DNA of 63,988 bases, filler included, from Aduncisulcus paluster (lineage: Eukaryota): assembly GCA_024181965.1 (NCBI GenBank). It is 9 parts of 9 records of this genome, joined end to end, with 100 filler letters (N's around TTAATTAATTAA, not from the genome) between each part and the next. Parts side by side here need not be neighbours in the genome. Positions count along the whole stretch, not along the records: positions 10,161 to 19,133 come from BQXS01012412.1; positions 19,234 to 25,004 come from BQXS01012414.1; 7 more parts are not named here. The stretch is one strand, 5' to 3'. Numbering within the stretch: the first letter of the stretch is position 1; every line of letters begins with the position of its first letter. Positions 11,782 to 22,814 of this stretch are shown one piece after another. The position numbers were made by a program, and so were the translations under genes. The notes beneath the pieces are model-generated. The model saw only the letters and a program-made list of their open reading frames with translations. It made no database searches and was not told the origin of the DNA.

Positions 11782-12260
11782 GTGTCTCCGAACACAATTC
11801 TGTATTCAATTCCAATTCATCATCTTGAATTATTTCTTCTGGTACATTTTTGTCCAGTAGACTGAGATTATCCACTGTTTCATGACCGAGAATCGCCCGA
11901 TACTGAACATCCGAGTTCATATCCATTATCCAAAAGCGTTCGTTAAAAAATAACGCTTTTCCGGAAATACTTCCAACTCTACAAGGTAAATCTACTATAT
12001 TGGGAGTTACAAATTCACTACAAATATCCATTCAAGCTTTCTTTGATGAGCTGGACTAACTATCTCTTACTGTGTTAGATCAGTCAAAATTGATATACTA
12101 CATTGCTAGGTTCAAGGAAACTGTGCAGCTGAAGATTTTTCCCTCCTTTCTTACGATAAACGATCAGTTCAGCTTTAAACTCATCCCATTCCTTTTCCAG
12201 AAATTCTTTTAAAATTGGCGGTTCTATTGTGCTCATTTTTAAAATATTTAACTCAGTAAT
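11782..12260 (-). mobile_element. Degenerate Ty3/Gypsy gag N-terminus and protease tail
   Basis: MSTIEPPILKEFLEKEWDEFKAELIVYRKKGGK matches other gag starts; AILGHE retropepsin C-terminal motif. Confidence 0.65.
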
Positions 12261-13943
12261 ATTTCCGTGTCGGAATAAATTCAAAATTTATATTTGTTGG
12301 GCAATATTAATTATTATTTACAACAATTGCTCATATTGTACAAGAAGAGATACTTCCTCCCTCGTATTCCGATTCTGAAATTATAGAGAAGATTACAACA
12401 TAACCCCACAAATATATATTTACTCCACGTGATGAAACTACGAGAGGAGCATTGATATCGGCATGGATGAGGATTGTAAAGTCCCAAAGGGGGAAAAGGG
12501 CCCAAGACTTAGTTATGAGTACAATTCCAATGGAAATAAGTTTAAACCATAAACTCCCTGCAGCCTATATTCCCATATATTCAATAAACCAAAATATAAA
12601 AATTGATTAAACGAAAATAAAAATGATAAACCTTAATCCAAATCCTTGGATTATTGTTCATTACACTGCCTTCCTTCCATAGTGTCTTTCCCGTACAATC
12701 CTTGGTTCTTCATGTAATTCTTGTATATGAAACTTTCGCGGAAGCAGAGGAGGAACAAGATGCCGAGGAGGAACAAGACCTTATTACAAATCCCATCATG
12801 GACGAATGGAGAGCGAGGATCATCTTGGCCCAGTGCTCGAAATCATTTCGTCTTCTGTGGTAAGAGTTTGTGATGGATATCATGACCTACACCATACGAT
12901 ATATGCACCACCTGAGGAGAAGATGTCCCGAATTGTCGACTTCGATCATTTTACAACATTCATTCGTAACACTATTGACGAAGCGCCCCTAGGCATGGCA
13001 TCCCAGCCTCCAAAGGAAGAAGAATTTCATGTGGTGAGATATTATTACTCATCGAAATCAAAGTCTTCCACTTCTGAGATAAGTATATTATCAGTGAAGA
13101 GCCATGAATCACCATGCATCCTATGGTAGTTCTCAACTTCCATTTAATAAAAATAACTTTTATAGAATACGGTTAATCCCAACGGTAATTACAAATTTAC
13201 TTTTATCTTGATTTCTGGATCATCACCGGTCCGGCCGCCAACAATCCGATCAAGCAGAAGTTCAACTCCTGAAATGACTTCAAAAGAGATTCTGTGATAA
13301 TGTTTTCTTTAAAATTGATTCTATTTTATATTTTTATAATTCTTTTTAATCTTTTTATATTACTTTACTTATCTTCGCTGTGTGATGTTGCCTTCATCAA
13401 TTAATATCTATTTTTAGTTCCCATTTTAATGTTTCAAGAGTAAATTTGCTGCAAACCAAGTTCGTTATTGTGTTTCTGTTAGAGTTTCTATTAGAACTGA
13501 AAATGAGGGCGAAAAGCTCAAAGGTATTAAGATATTATTATATATCTTGGCAAAAATAACAGGTACTACAGTGCCCCATAAGACAGATACTAGTACACTT
13601 CCAACAAGAGTAGAATGTCGAAAATTTCCAGAATCTCTGGAACTGTTGGCGGCGGCTGGGCACCGTCTAAATATAGATCTCCGATCCGATCCTTTATTAT
13701 AGTAAATTGTACATAATCTTCGGAATATATTGCCACAATTTCATTTTATACGAGCTTGATTTGTCTTTTTCGCTTTATTATTGTTTTTTAATATGACTAT
13801 GGGTTATGGGGACAAAAATTGAAACTATAAAGTATATTCCAATCCGATGGGAGAGTCTTTTACAAGAATACAAAAAGGTATGTAAGCATTGGGATACATA
13901 TTTACGAATAATTAAAAAAAGGGTATAAATCCGAGTCTGACCA

Positions 13944-14283
13944 ATGCAAAGAATGGAAAATGATGATTACAAAAAATTCAATGATGTAATGTACAACGAT
14001 TTTATTCCGTTATCAATTAAGGCATTGCAATCAAGTCAGCAAGAAACGTCTTCTTATGATGCCTTTTGCATCATCAAGCAATTCAAAGAAAAGATGGATG
14101 AGGAGTGGCTAGGGAAATTAATTCAAAAAACAGCATATAGGAAGAGTTCCCAATTATTAGATAAATCATTAGATACTTATTTTGTTATACTGGCCATAAC
14201 AACATCTTTTTTTCATCCTTTAACCGATATAGAGGTTGAAAAGGCTTTGAAAAACATTTCTGAATTCAAATATGAATTATCAA
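13944..14283 (+). mobile_element. hAT-like transposase fragment
   Basis: PLSIKALQSSQ..SYDAF and TSFFHP (LDP-equivalent); resembles fragments at 17020 and 43539; joined to antisense DIRS. Confidence 0.5.
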
Positions 14284-14873
14284 GAGCCACGAGAGCATGT
14301 CTGATTAGTGATTGTGCTTCCTCAATAGATAGAATGTGCGTCCCTGCTTGCGAAGTGGTTACTGCACAGAGAGGGGTGGTCAGTCTTACGGATGTTTTCT
14401 CCCTTTCCACTGTGTCCAAATCTATATCCACTTTTCGTGAGAATGCATCTGCTTCTGCATTGTGACACCCTTCGTATGATCGAGATGTTCTGGGATCTGG
14501 CTTCTGCCCAAATCTGCACTGCGAGAATTTGTAGCTGTGATGACTTGCTTGAGCCTTTTGACACTGCCGATCTTGCCCCTATGGAATCCGTACCCCACAC
14601 CCAGATTCCACTCTCAAGTCGTTCCTGTTGTAATGTTTTCAGTAGTGTTCATGTCTCAATGGCTGTGATGTGTGCATGGCATTGTGTGATTTCGAATTGT
14701 ACGAGCCTCTTTGGCTTGCCAGGTCTCATGAGGACCGCTCCTGCTCCCTCCAGGGAAGCATCGGTGAGGATAACTCCATTGGGCGCCAATCCAGGCCAGT
14801 GGGACCAAGGGTGTTCGATGATTTTGTTCCAGAAACTTAGTTCTGCCCTTGCTTTCTTCGAGGGTTTGAAAGC

Positions 14874-16100
14874 TCACTTCCTTTTGTGTAACTGTGCAAG
14901 GAGTTGTTTTGTATAGATTGCGGAAGGGAAGATTCGTTTCAAGAAGAGAATGTGACCAACCAGCTGTTTTACCTGCAACTTGGACCACCGAGTGTCTCTT
15001 AGCCTTCGAACGAACAGCTCCGATAAAACTCTTTTCTTTTCGTGGGACAAACCTATCTCCATCTTCTCGGTGTCCACTGTATATTCAAGATATTCTAGGC
15101 GCCTTGATGGTCCTATCGTCTTCTCTGGGGCAATGACAGCCCCGAGCCTCGCGAATATTTCCCTTGTGATGCGCAATTCTTGCGCTGCTTTGTCCTCTGA
15201 TGCAGAAAATAGAAGGAACTCGTCGATATAGACTGTAGATTCGATTCCGTGCTTTCTCAGAATCTTCACTAGCTCTGTTGTGACCTTTTGGAATATGAAC
15301 GGACTCCATGAAGATCCGAATGGGAGGACGTTGGTTATGAAGAATCGACCTCTGTAGGCTATGCCGAAGATACCTCTGTCCTTTTCCCGTACTAATAGCT
15401 GCCAAAAACCTTTCTTTAGATCCAGCTTTGTAAGGAATGGCTTGCGGTCTGCAGTCTTGAACAGGACATCCAGAGCGTTTAATCTGAAAGGTAGCGGTGG
15501 TAGACGCCTGTTTAAGGGAGTTAAATCGTGCACTGGTCTTGTCTCGTCTGAATTGTGCTTTGGAACTGTGAAGTATCTGGCCGTTATCGTTGGCTGGTAT
15601 TCCGATTCTGAGATGGCTCCAGACTCCAGCATCTTTGAGAAGTGGATGTCTAGCTCCTTTGATGGACTTGTCACCACTAGTGGCGTGGGCGCTCTTGAGC
15701 TTGGGCGGAATATGGTTCCCGCTCTGAGCCATTCCACAATGGTGTGGTAGGCACCCTCTTTTTCCCATTCCCGCCATTTTGATGACATTGAGCCGACTGG
15801 GTTCTGTGTTGGGCTTAGCGTTCCACTCCCCCCTTCTTGAATATCTTGTTTGATAGATTTTGTAATAGATACAAGACAGTTTACTCCGGGAGTGGAAGGC
15901 CGCATTAAGAAAGGCATGAGGAGGAAGAGTGATATTTCCCACACTTGGGACACTTTTCTTTTGACTTGTCTTGTTTCTCCTTGCGGTAACCTTTCTTCCA
16001 GGGAACTGTCGGTTTGCTGCTCGGTTTGACTTGTTCTTTGCGGGACACAAGTCTCTTTTGAACTGTTGCAGCGACTTTGTCCAGTGAAGTGCTGGGACAT
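14874..16100 (-). pseudogene. DIRS reverse transcriptase (frame continues into RNase H past two TGA stops)
   Basis: RPVHDL..LN, DLKKGFWQL, LPFG, YIDE (catalytic YxDD mutated). Confidence 0.88.
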
Positions 16101-16544
16101 TCCTCAATGACATTATGCGTCACTCGGAAAGCATCTTTGTTCCTGAGCCAGTCGGCTGAGACAATAGCTTTTTCCTGGGCATCGAAGGCTGCCTCGACGC
16201 TCTCGATGAAAGCATCTTGGGAAGTCGTAGCGTCGAATGCTGACAGAAGGAGGTCTCTAAGGTGGTCAAGACGTTCGAGTTCGATTTGCCCCAAGGTTGA
16301 CAGCCCTCGGTCTCTCCTTTGGTCTTTACGTTTGAGGGTGTCCAATTCTCTCTGCATCATGATAACTTGAGCCAAAAGGACCTCTTGAGCAGGAGCTTCC
16401 GGTGTTTCTGGTGTCGCAACATGGGTGACCCTCTCCAGTGCCATCCTGTTCGCCGTTAATTTGGACTTCTTCTGAAGACGAACTCTCTTCAATTTCAGGT
16501 TGTATCTGTTGTTCCGCATGTCTAATGGTTCTTCTTGGTGGCAT
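15905..16544 (-). CDS. DIRS gag-like ORF1 (5' part probably frameshifted)
   Basis: Coiled-coil body, C-terminal CPKCGKYH..SC knuckle, overlaps the RT ORF. Confidence 0.65.
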
Positions 16545-16554
16545 GGAATTATTA

Positions 16555-17025
16555 TTATCGCTTGCGATAGTTGATTTGATTAAAGCCAGAACGCAAATCC
16601 AAGCTCGTAAAATAATTTAAGACTCCCAAGCTGCTCAACATATCCTCAACATTGGGTAGTGGAAACGGAACATTCTTCATTATCTCGTTTATCGCCGTAT
16701 AGTCATTACATACACGATAATCAACACTTCTCTTCTTTGCCATTGTCACCGGAGAAGCGTATTCTGAATCACTTCGCTGCAATAGTCCATCTTTCAATCC
16801 AATTCTCACTGTTTCATCAACAACCTTCCGTAATGGTGGAGAAAGTCTCCGTGGATTGCTGATAATTACTTTAGATGTGTCAGTAAGTTCGATATTCAAC
16901 GGTTCAAGTGCACAACCTTCCTGGCAGTGTTGGATCAAACACTTCCGCAAATTCTGTCGCAATAGCTTAATCATCCTCTTTAAAATCCGATCCAAAAGTA
17001 ATCTTCTTAATCTCATCTACAGCTG
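16555..17025 (-). mobile_element. Ty3/Gypsy RT N-terminal fragment
   Basis: SEYASPV..AKK, YRVCNDY..IN, FPLPNVEDML, YFTSLDLRSGFNQI. Confidence 0.9.
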
Positions 17026-17400
17026 TTTTAACATTAATGCAATAATCATTCAATTCTTCCTCTTCTCGCTCCGACAACTTTATCTTTAAATCGCTGATAG
17101 ATTTTTTCAATATTTTGATGTCAATTACAAAATCTTCATCAAGAATTTCCGGAGAAAATGAAAGTATACCGTAATATAAACTTAAATTAAATTTCAAAAG
17201 ATCAAATACATTTTGGAATGGCAAATAACTGATATCCTTGGAATCCATTGTAATATAAGTAAATTTGCTAACGGTATAAATAGTATCGGTTTGCTTTATT
17301 TTAGAATCATCACACCATTCCGATTCGAGTCTCTCTACAAAACCAGAGTGTCCCAAAATTTTGAATTCGAATAAAATATAAAAATAATTAAAATATATTG
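17026..17400 (-). mobile_element. hAT transposase internal fragment
   Basis: RLESEW..., FDLLKFNLSLYYGILSFSPE..DEDF.I...KKSISD...LS.REEEEL..YC, homologous to 43539-44057. Confidence 0.75.
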
Positions 17401-18549
17401 ATATTTTGGAATGTTCATGACATTCCAGTGTATAAATGTATTTCCTCATAAATTTCCATATATACATTTATTATCATTGCACAAACTATAATAGCATCTT
17501 CGAGTACCTGCTCTTTAACGTGGTTTCTTCGACCTCTTCTTCCTCTCGCTCTTCCTGCTCTTCTTCTGCCTGTTCTTCTGCTTCAGCTTCGTCTGGTTCT
17601 GAGTCATGTTGGTTTCTTCGTGATTGTCTAGGCATTACTACAGCTCGCGCTTGTTTAAATGTGAACAAGACGGGAGATGTTGTCCTTGCGAGTATGAACC
17701 CGATCCGATCGGAGTGGGAGGTTCGTTATCGTTCGTCCGTCCCCTTAATAGTTTTCCATAATGTAAAATATAATTTACAGTTCATTAAATCTCAATTCTC
17801 GCTTTTGTGTAGATTATTGTGGTTTGTTCTTCTTCGTTTCTACATCGATCCACCATGGAATACCAAATTGAATTATTTCCATTAATTCCCGTTTTACCCC
17901 TGCACTACATAGACAGTTTATTTTAAAATTTCTGTTAAATAGATTCTTGTTAATCATTAACAACACTTAATGATTAAGTAAATAAACGCTATTCCTACCA
18001 ATGAAATTGAACTTCCTCTGGAATTCCAGAAATTGTCAAGATCATCAAAGCGTAAATGTCATGTATTTTTCTCCATATTGGATATTATCTCATTTGTAAA
18101 AATAACATTTTTTGCAATAACGACGACATTTATTCAAGAAAAGCAAACTAAAAATATGAATAAATAAATAAAAATGATAATATCTCAAGGAGTGTCCTGT
18201 GCATTTTATTATAAATTTAGAGCAAAAAATAATAAATGCCAAAAAATATTCTTTTATATCATTGATCAATCCTGGATATTCTACCTTCTCAGTGATATAA
18301 AAATTTGAATTGTATCCTTTAAATGAGATATATTTTTAATGAAAAAAACAATAAAACGTATTTATTGGAAATAAATAAAACAATTTAGGATTGAATATCT
18401 ATGATCATCAAAAAGTCTATATGGGATATTTGCAAGGTCTTTTTTTGGTAAAATGGTATGTAAAAAAATTTTTATATATAATTTGATATTCGAATAATTA
18501 TTACAGATGATCTTTTTTTTATACTATAAAGTAGTACTTTATTTTAATT

Positions 18550-19133
18550 CAAATGATCACCGGGGGATGCTGATAGTACCCCCCTCCCCCCGGTGATTAT
18601 CCAACCCGCCGGCTCTTTTTTGCCGGGATTTTTGAGGGGGGTCCCTTTTTGCCGATTTATCCCGGCAAATTTTTCAATTTTATAAAGTAAAGTGGCCGTT
18701 TTTCGAGGTCTTTTTAAATAACTCTTAATTTAAGAAAAAAAAATAAAAATAAAAAATAAAATATCAATAATATAGTAATTTACGATTAATTTTGGCATTT
18801 ATTCTTATTTCAATTCAATTCAATCTATCTTTCTTATTTTTTTATACAATGAATCATTAATAAAGTAAATAGATTTTATATAAGATTTTTACTATTATTT
18901 ACCAGTTGATTGCTTTGAATTATACTTGTAACGTGCTTCACGGATCAGAGTTTCTGTAGAATGGTGACGGCGGGAAGGCGTGTTAATATGGCTTAAAACT
19001 GAGAAGAATCTTTCAACTGATGCGCCTGAAAATGGAATAGCATTTGTCATCAGCTGATACTTAAATAAAGATGGATACACGGTTTCTATGAAGTTTTCTC
19101 GAGAAATTAATGATTTGTTTGATCTGTCGTTGA
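18550..19133 (-). mobile_element. hAT element 3' part: transposase dimerisation domain (18895-19133) plus GC-rich subterminal region
   Basis: YPSL..., PFSGASVERFFS..., RRH.S.ET hATC motif; CCGG-rich repeats 18555-18710. Confidence 0.8.
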
Positions 19134-19303
19134 NNNNNNNNNNNNNNNNNNNNNNNNNNNNNNNNNNNNNNNNNNNNTTAATTAATTAANNNNNNNNNNN
19201 NNNNNNNNNNNNNNNNNNNNNNNNNNNNNNNNNAGACAAAAATAGAATTATTGAGAACGACTAGATATTAGAGAACACTCTGCTTTTGTCCATTATTTCT
19301 GCT

Positions 19304-19890
19304 TCAATAACCATATTCATTCGATATCAAGAGGGAAGTTTCTTCTTCTTCTTCTTCTTCTTCTTCCATTCCTTTCCTCCATGCTTCTTGATCGTATTCT
19401 TCAAATGAATAACATGATCCCTGTTCAAACAACATTTCAACACCGCCACCTGTGCATTCAATCAGGTCATACACGGATTGTCTCAAAGATCGTCCCTCAT
19501 CAAATGGCATCATGACGAGCATATGTTGGGGAGGGGTGTATTGGATGAGGAAAGTGTGTGATTCGCTGTGGAACTCTTTCTTCATCTCCTTCTTCACTTC
19601 TTTCACCATCCAATGAGCAACAGATCGGACCTCGTTCAATACAATTTCTTCTCTCGCTTTGGAAGTGTCCATACCATTTCCATTCCACAACATACGTGAG
19701 AAGCATGAATGAAGCCACAAGAGTCATGAGACAGAAGTGTTTCGATGGAGGGAATCATGGCTATCATAGGCATACAATGGAGAAGGTTGGACAAGTGACA
19801 GGGGGGAGATGAAGTGGAAGAAAAGACATTGGACATGTATTCTGTCAAATCAGGAGAGATATCTGGTTCGTATTTCCTATTGACTTGCAC
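19304..19890 (-). CDS. Hypothetical protein, split across frames (acidic C-terminus)
   Basis: Overlapping ORFs 19304-19720 and 19636-19890 with host-like composition. Confidence 0.4.
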
Positions 19891-20579
19891 AAGATTGTAT
19901 CGTGTGAAATAGAAGGGGAAAGAGTGGAAAAGTTGGTGTAGTCACTGTTTTTACATAAAAGCTGTGATATTTACAATACAAGAAGACAATCATACCTAAT
20001 GATAACTCTTTGGGTGGTAAAACGTGAGAACAACACACGAAATCCTCCAAAAAAAAGAAAGTCTCCGATGAACACACTATACAGGGGTCTAGAGTCCATA
20101 CAATTCCTCATGGCGGTTTGGTTGTATGAACTCCTTCAAGTATTCGAGAATATTCGGAATAAGACCAAATATCGAACGCAAGATACTATCTTAGTAATAT
20201 GTCATGAACATTGAAAATTTTGGGAAAGTCTGCGGCGGGTATATCTAACAAAATTGACATGTTTATCGATGTACACGTGGAATTCTTCGGCATGATGACC
20301 AAATACACACTTTAATGAACGTTGTTATAGTCAAAGGAAAATCACAGAGATAAATACCAAATAGTGACCAAATTTACAATCATACGATATTATTCTTCAA
20401 ATATAGTCATAAGGTAATCGATCATTGATTACAAATTCTGATATCACACACACAAAAAAAACTTTTTAAAAAACAGGTTCTGCCAGAACCTGCCAGTGGC
20501 AGATAATAAATAAATAGTCAAAGGTCACTGATAAATATATCAGAGATTATTTATTTGTTCAAATTTCTTTCTTTGATAT

Positions 20580-21685
20580 TTTTCCAACAATTAGTCTAAC
20601 AACGAAGACAAATCATCCACCATTCTTACAAATTGACTTTTCCGGTTAAAACTAAAACGCTCATAACAATAACCGCAACCAAAAGAACAATACTGGAGCT
20701 TAAGAACAGATTACTACAAGTACTGCTTGGGGGCTTAATAGAAGAGATGCTGGCCTCAAGAGATTCAACGGCCTTCTCTAGCTCATCGCTCACTTCAATA
20801 GGCTTCATATCTCCTTCAATCTCCTGCGCAATTTCCTCCCTTTCCTTCAATTTCTCTTCGAGTTCTCTTACTTGCTCTCTCTGAATCCTCAACTCTTCAT
20901 CGGCGGCCTCCTTCTCTTTCAAAGCACGTTCATGAGCTTCATTAGTTTGTTCAAGTTTGTTTCTAAGTTTTTCCAACAATTAGTCTAACAACGAAGACAA
21001 ATCATCCACCATTCTTACAAATTGACTTTTCCGGTTAAAACTAAAACGCTCATAACAATAACCGCAACCAAAAGAACAATACTGGAGCTTAAGAACAGAT
21101 TACTACAAGTACTGCTTGGGGGCTTAATAGAAGAGATGCTGGCCTCAAGAGATTCAACGGCCTTCTCTAGCTCATCGCTCACTTCAATAGGCTTCATATC
21201 TCCTTCAATCTCCTGCGCAATTTCCTCCCTTTCCTTCAATTTCTCTTCGAGTTCTCTTACTTGCTCTCTCTGAATCCTCAACTCTTCATCGGCGGCCTCC
21301 TTCTCTTTCAAAGCACGTTCATGAGCTTCATTATTTGACAAATTGACTTTTCCGGTTAAAACTAAAACGCTCATAACAATAACCGCAACCAAAAGAACAA
21401 TACTGGAGCTTAAGAACAGATTACTACAAGTACTGCTTGGGGGCTTAATAGAAGAGATGCTGGCCTCAAGAGATTCAACGGCCTTCTCTAGCTCATCGCT
21501 CACTTCAATAGGCTTCATATCTCCTTCAATCTCCTGCGCAATTTCCTCCCTTTCCTTCAATTTCTCTTCGAGTTCTCTTACTTGCTCTCTCTGAATCCTC
21601 AACTCTTCATCGGCGGCCTCCTTCTCTTTCAAAGCACGTTCATGAGCTTCATTAGTTTGTTCAAGTTTGTTTCTAAGGGATTCAT
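20580..21685. repeat. Three apparently identical tandem copies (~320-390 bp) of the VAP 3' end
   Basis: Same NEAHER...GKVNL block at 20626, 21015 and 21337; 22419-22455 next to a gap also repeats VAP sequence; probably misassembly. Confidence 0.85.
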
Positions 21686-22345
21686 TGGATTCTCTCAACT
21701 CTGTAATTTCTTGTTGCTTCTCCTCAATGGCCTGCTCTAATTCACCTTTCAAATCATGTTCTTCCTGCGCATCTCCAGATCTATCCACTTCAAAGGCTGT
21801 TCCAGATAGATGGGCAGTATGTTCACCTCCATCAAAACGCACCAAAATTCTCTCATCACTCTTGGTACCGGAAGGTTGCTGACCAATGATATCACGCATA
21901 AGGATTCGTTTTTCTGCCTCATCCTGGCATTCTGTGATTATAGCATATTGCCTTTCAGTGAGGGTAGCAGCAATAACTTGAAACTTTGGAACCTTTGGAG
22001 ACTTGCTCAATTCGATACCATTTGAAAGGAAAACTTGAACCTCAGCCGTTGAATGTGGTTGTATTACGTTAAAATGTTTGGCAACGGAAAAATCTTTTGG
22101 TTTGTTGGTCCTGACTTTGTAGATCACGGCATTAGGGGTAACATTTGTAATTCTAAATGAAGAAGTCTGTTTTTCACCGGTAACTAAATCAAAATATATT
22201 AAAATCAGTACAAAACTCTAAAGAAATTATGAAAGAATATGTCGAAAACTAAATTGTGGAACATACCAGGGAAGATAAGTTCGCTCTTATCAACCATAAT
22301 AAATTTGTTTCCTTCAGCAGGTACTGTGGGTTCTACGGCGCTCAT
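21015..22345 (-). CDS. VAMP-associated protein (VAP/Scs2 family): MSP domain, coiled coil, C-terminal TM; intron 22184-22266
   Basis: Splicing GTATGT...TTTAG gives ELIFP-V-TGEKQTSSFRITN...VIYKVRTNKP (MSP FKVKTT motif), KFQV; tail anchor; 3' third is tandemly repeated. Confidence 0.88.
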
Positions 22346-22814
22346 ATATGTTGTATTGTACCAAAACTCAACACGATCCTCTTCCAAGTTAAATTAGAGG
22401 ATTACCAATAATTCAAATAGGATTCATTGGATTCTCTCAACTCTGTAATTTCTTGNNNNNNNNNNNNNNNNNNNNAAATAAAAATTCCATATTGTGGTTC
22501 AAAAAATAAATATTTTCTGGATTCTAAGCTCGTCTTTCTTTATTCCAATGAAAAATCTAAAATTAGTCTTTCCTTTACTCTTATGGGAGAGTTTACGTGG
22601 TTAATTAACAATAAAAAAATACAGTCCAGGTAAATGGTGCAAAATTTCTTGTGATTTCTTGAATTTTTATTGAAATACCAGAAATGATTGCATTTAACGA
22701 AATAAACCACAATATATATTTTTTAATGTGTTTTCAAATAGAATCGTCATTGTGGAAAATATAAAATCTATATAATATCAAGTTTGAACTGAATATACAC
22801 CAGGTATACTACAC

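Larger units (their letters stand above)
14283..16546 (-). mobile_element. DIRS-like tyrosine-recombinase retrotransposon, truncated: gag, RT, RNase H, probable start of recombinase ORF
   Basis: Gag with CPKCGKYH; RT LDLKKGFWQ, LPFG..WSP..F, VYIDE; RNase H ARAELSFW, TDAS..GAG, HI..IE, TDS, ADAFSR; long overlapping ORFs typical of DIRS. Confidence 0.9.

Noticed and set aside
14640..14880. In-frame TGA/TAA/TAG in TE ORFs suggesting a non-standard genetic code
   Set aside because: Host genes end normally at TAG (cyclophilin, H3), TAA (V-ATPase E) and TGA (NEK), and long host ORFs have no internal stops
17486..17745. Acidic MPRQSRR... ORF as a third DIRS gag start
   Set aside because: Similar only in composition to the ORF1 start at 16544; no diagnostic motif
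20580..21685. VAP apparently with two TM domains and a triplicated C-terminus
   Set aside because: Copies look identical and a further VAP piece abuts a gap at 22455; most likely misassembly
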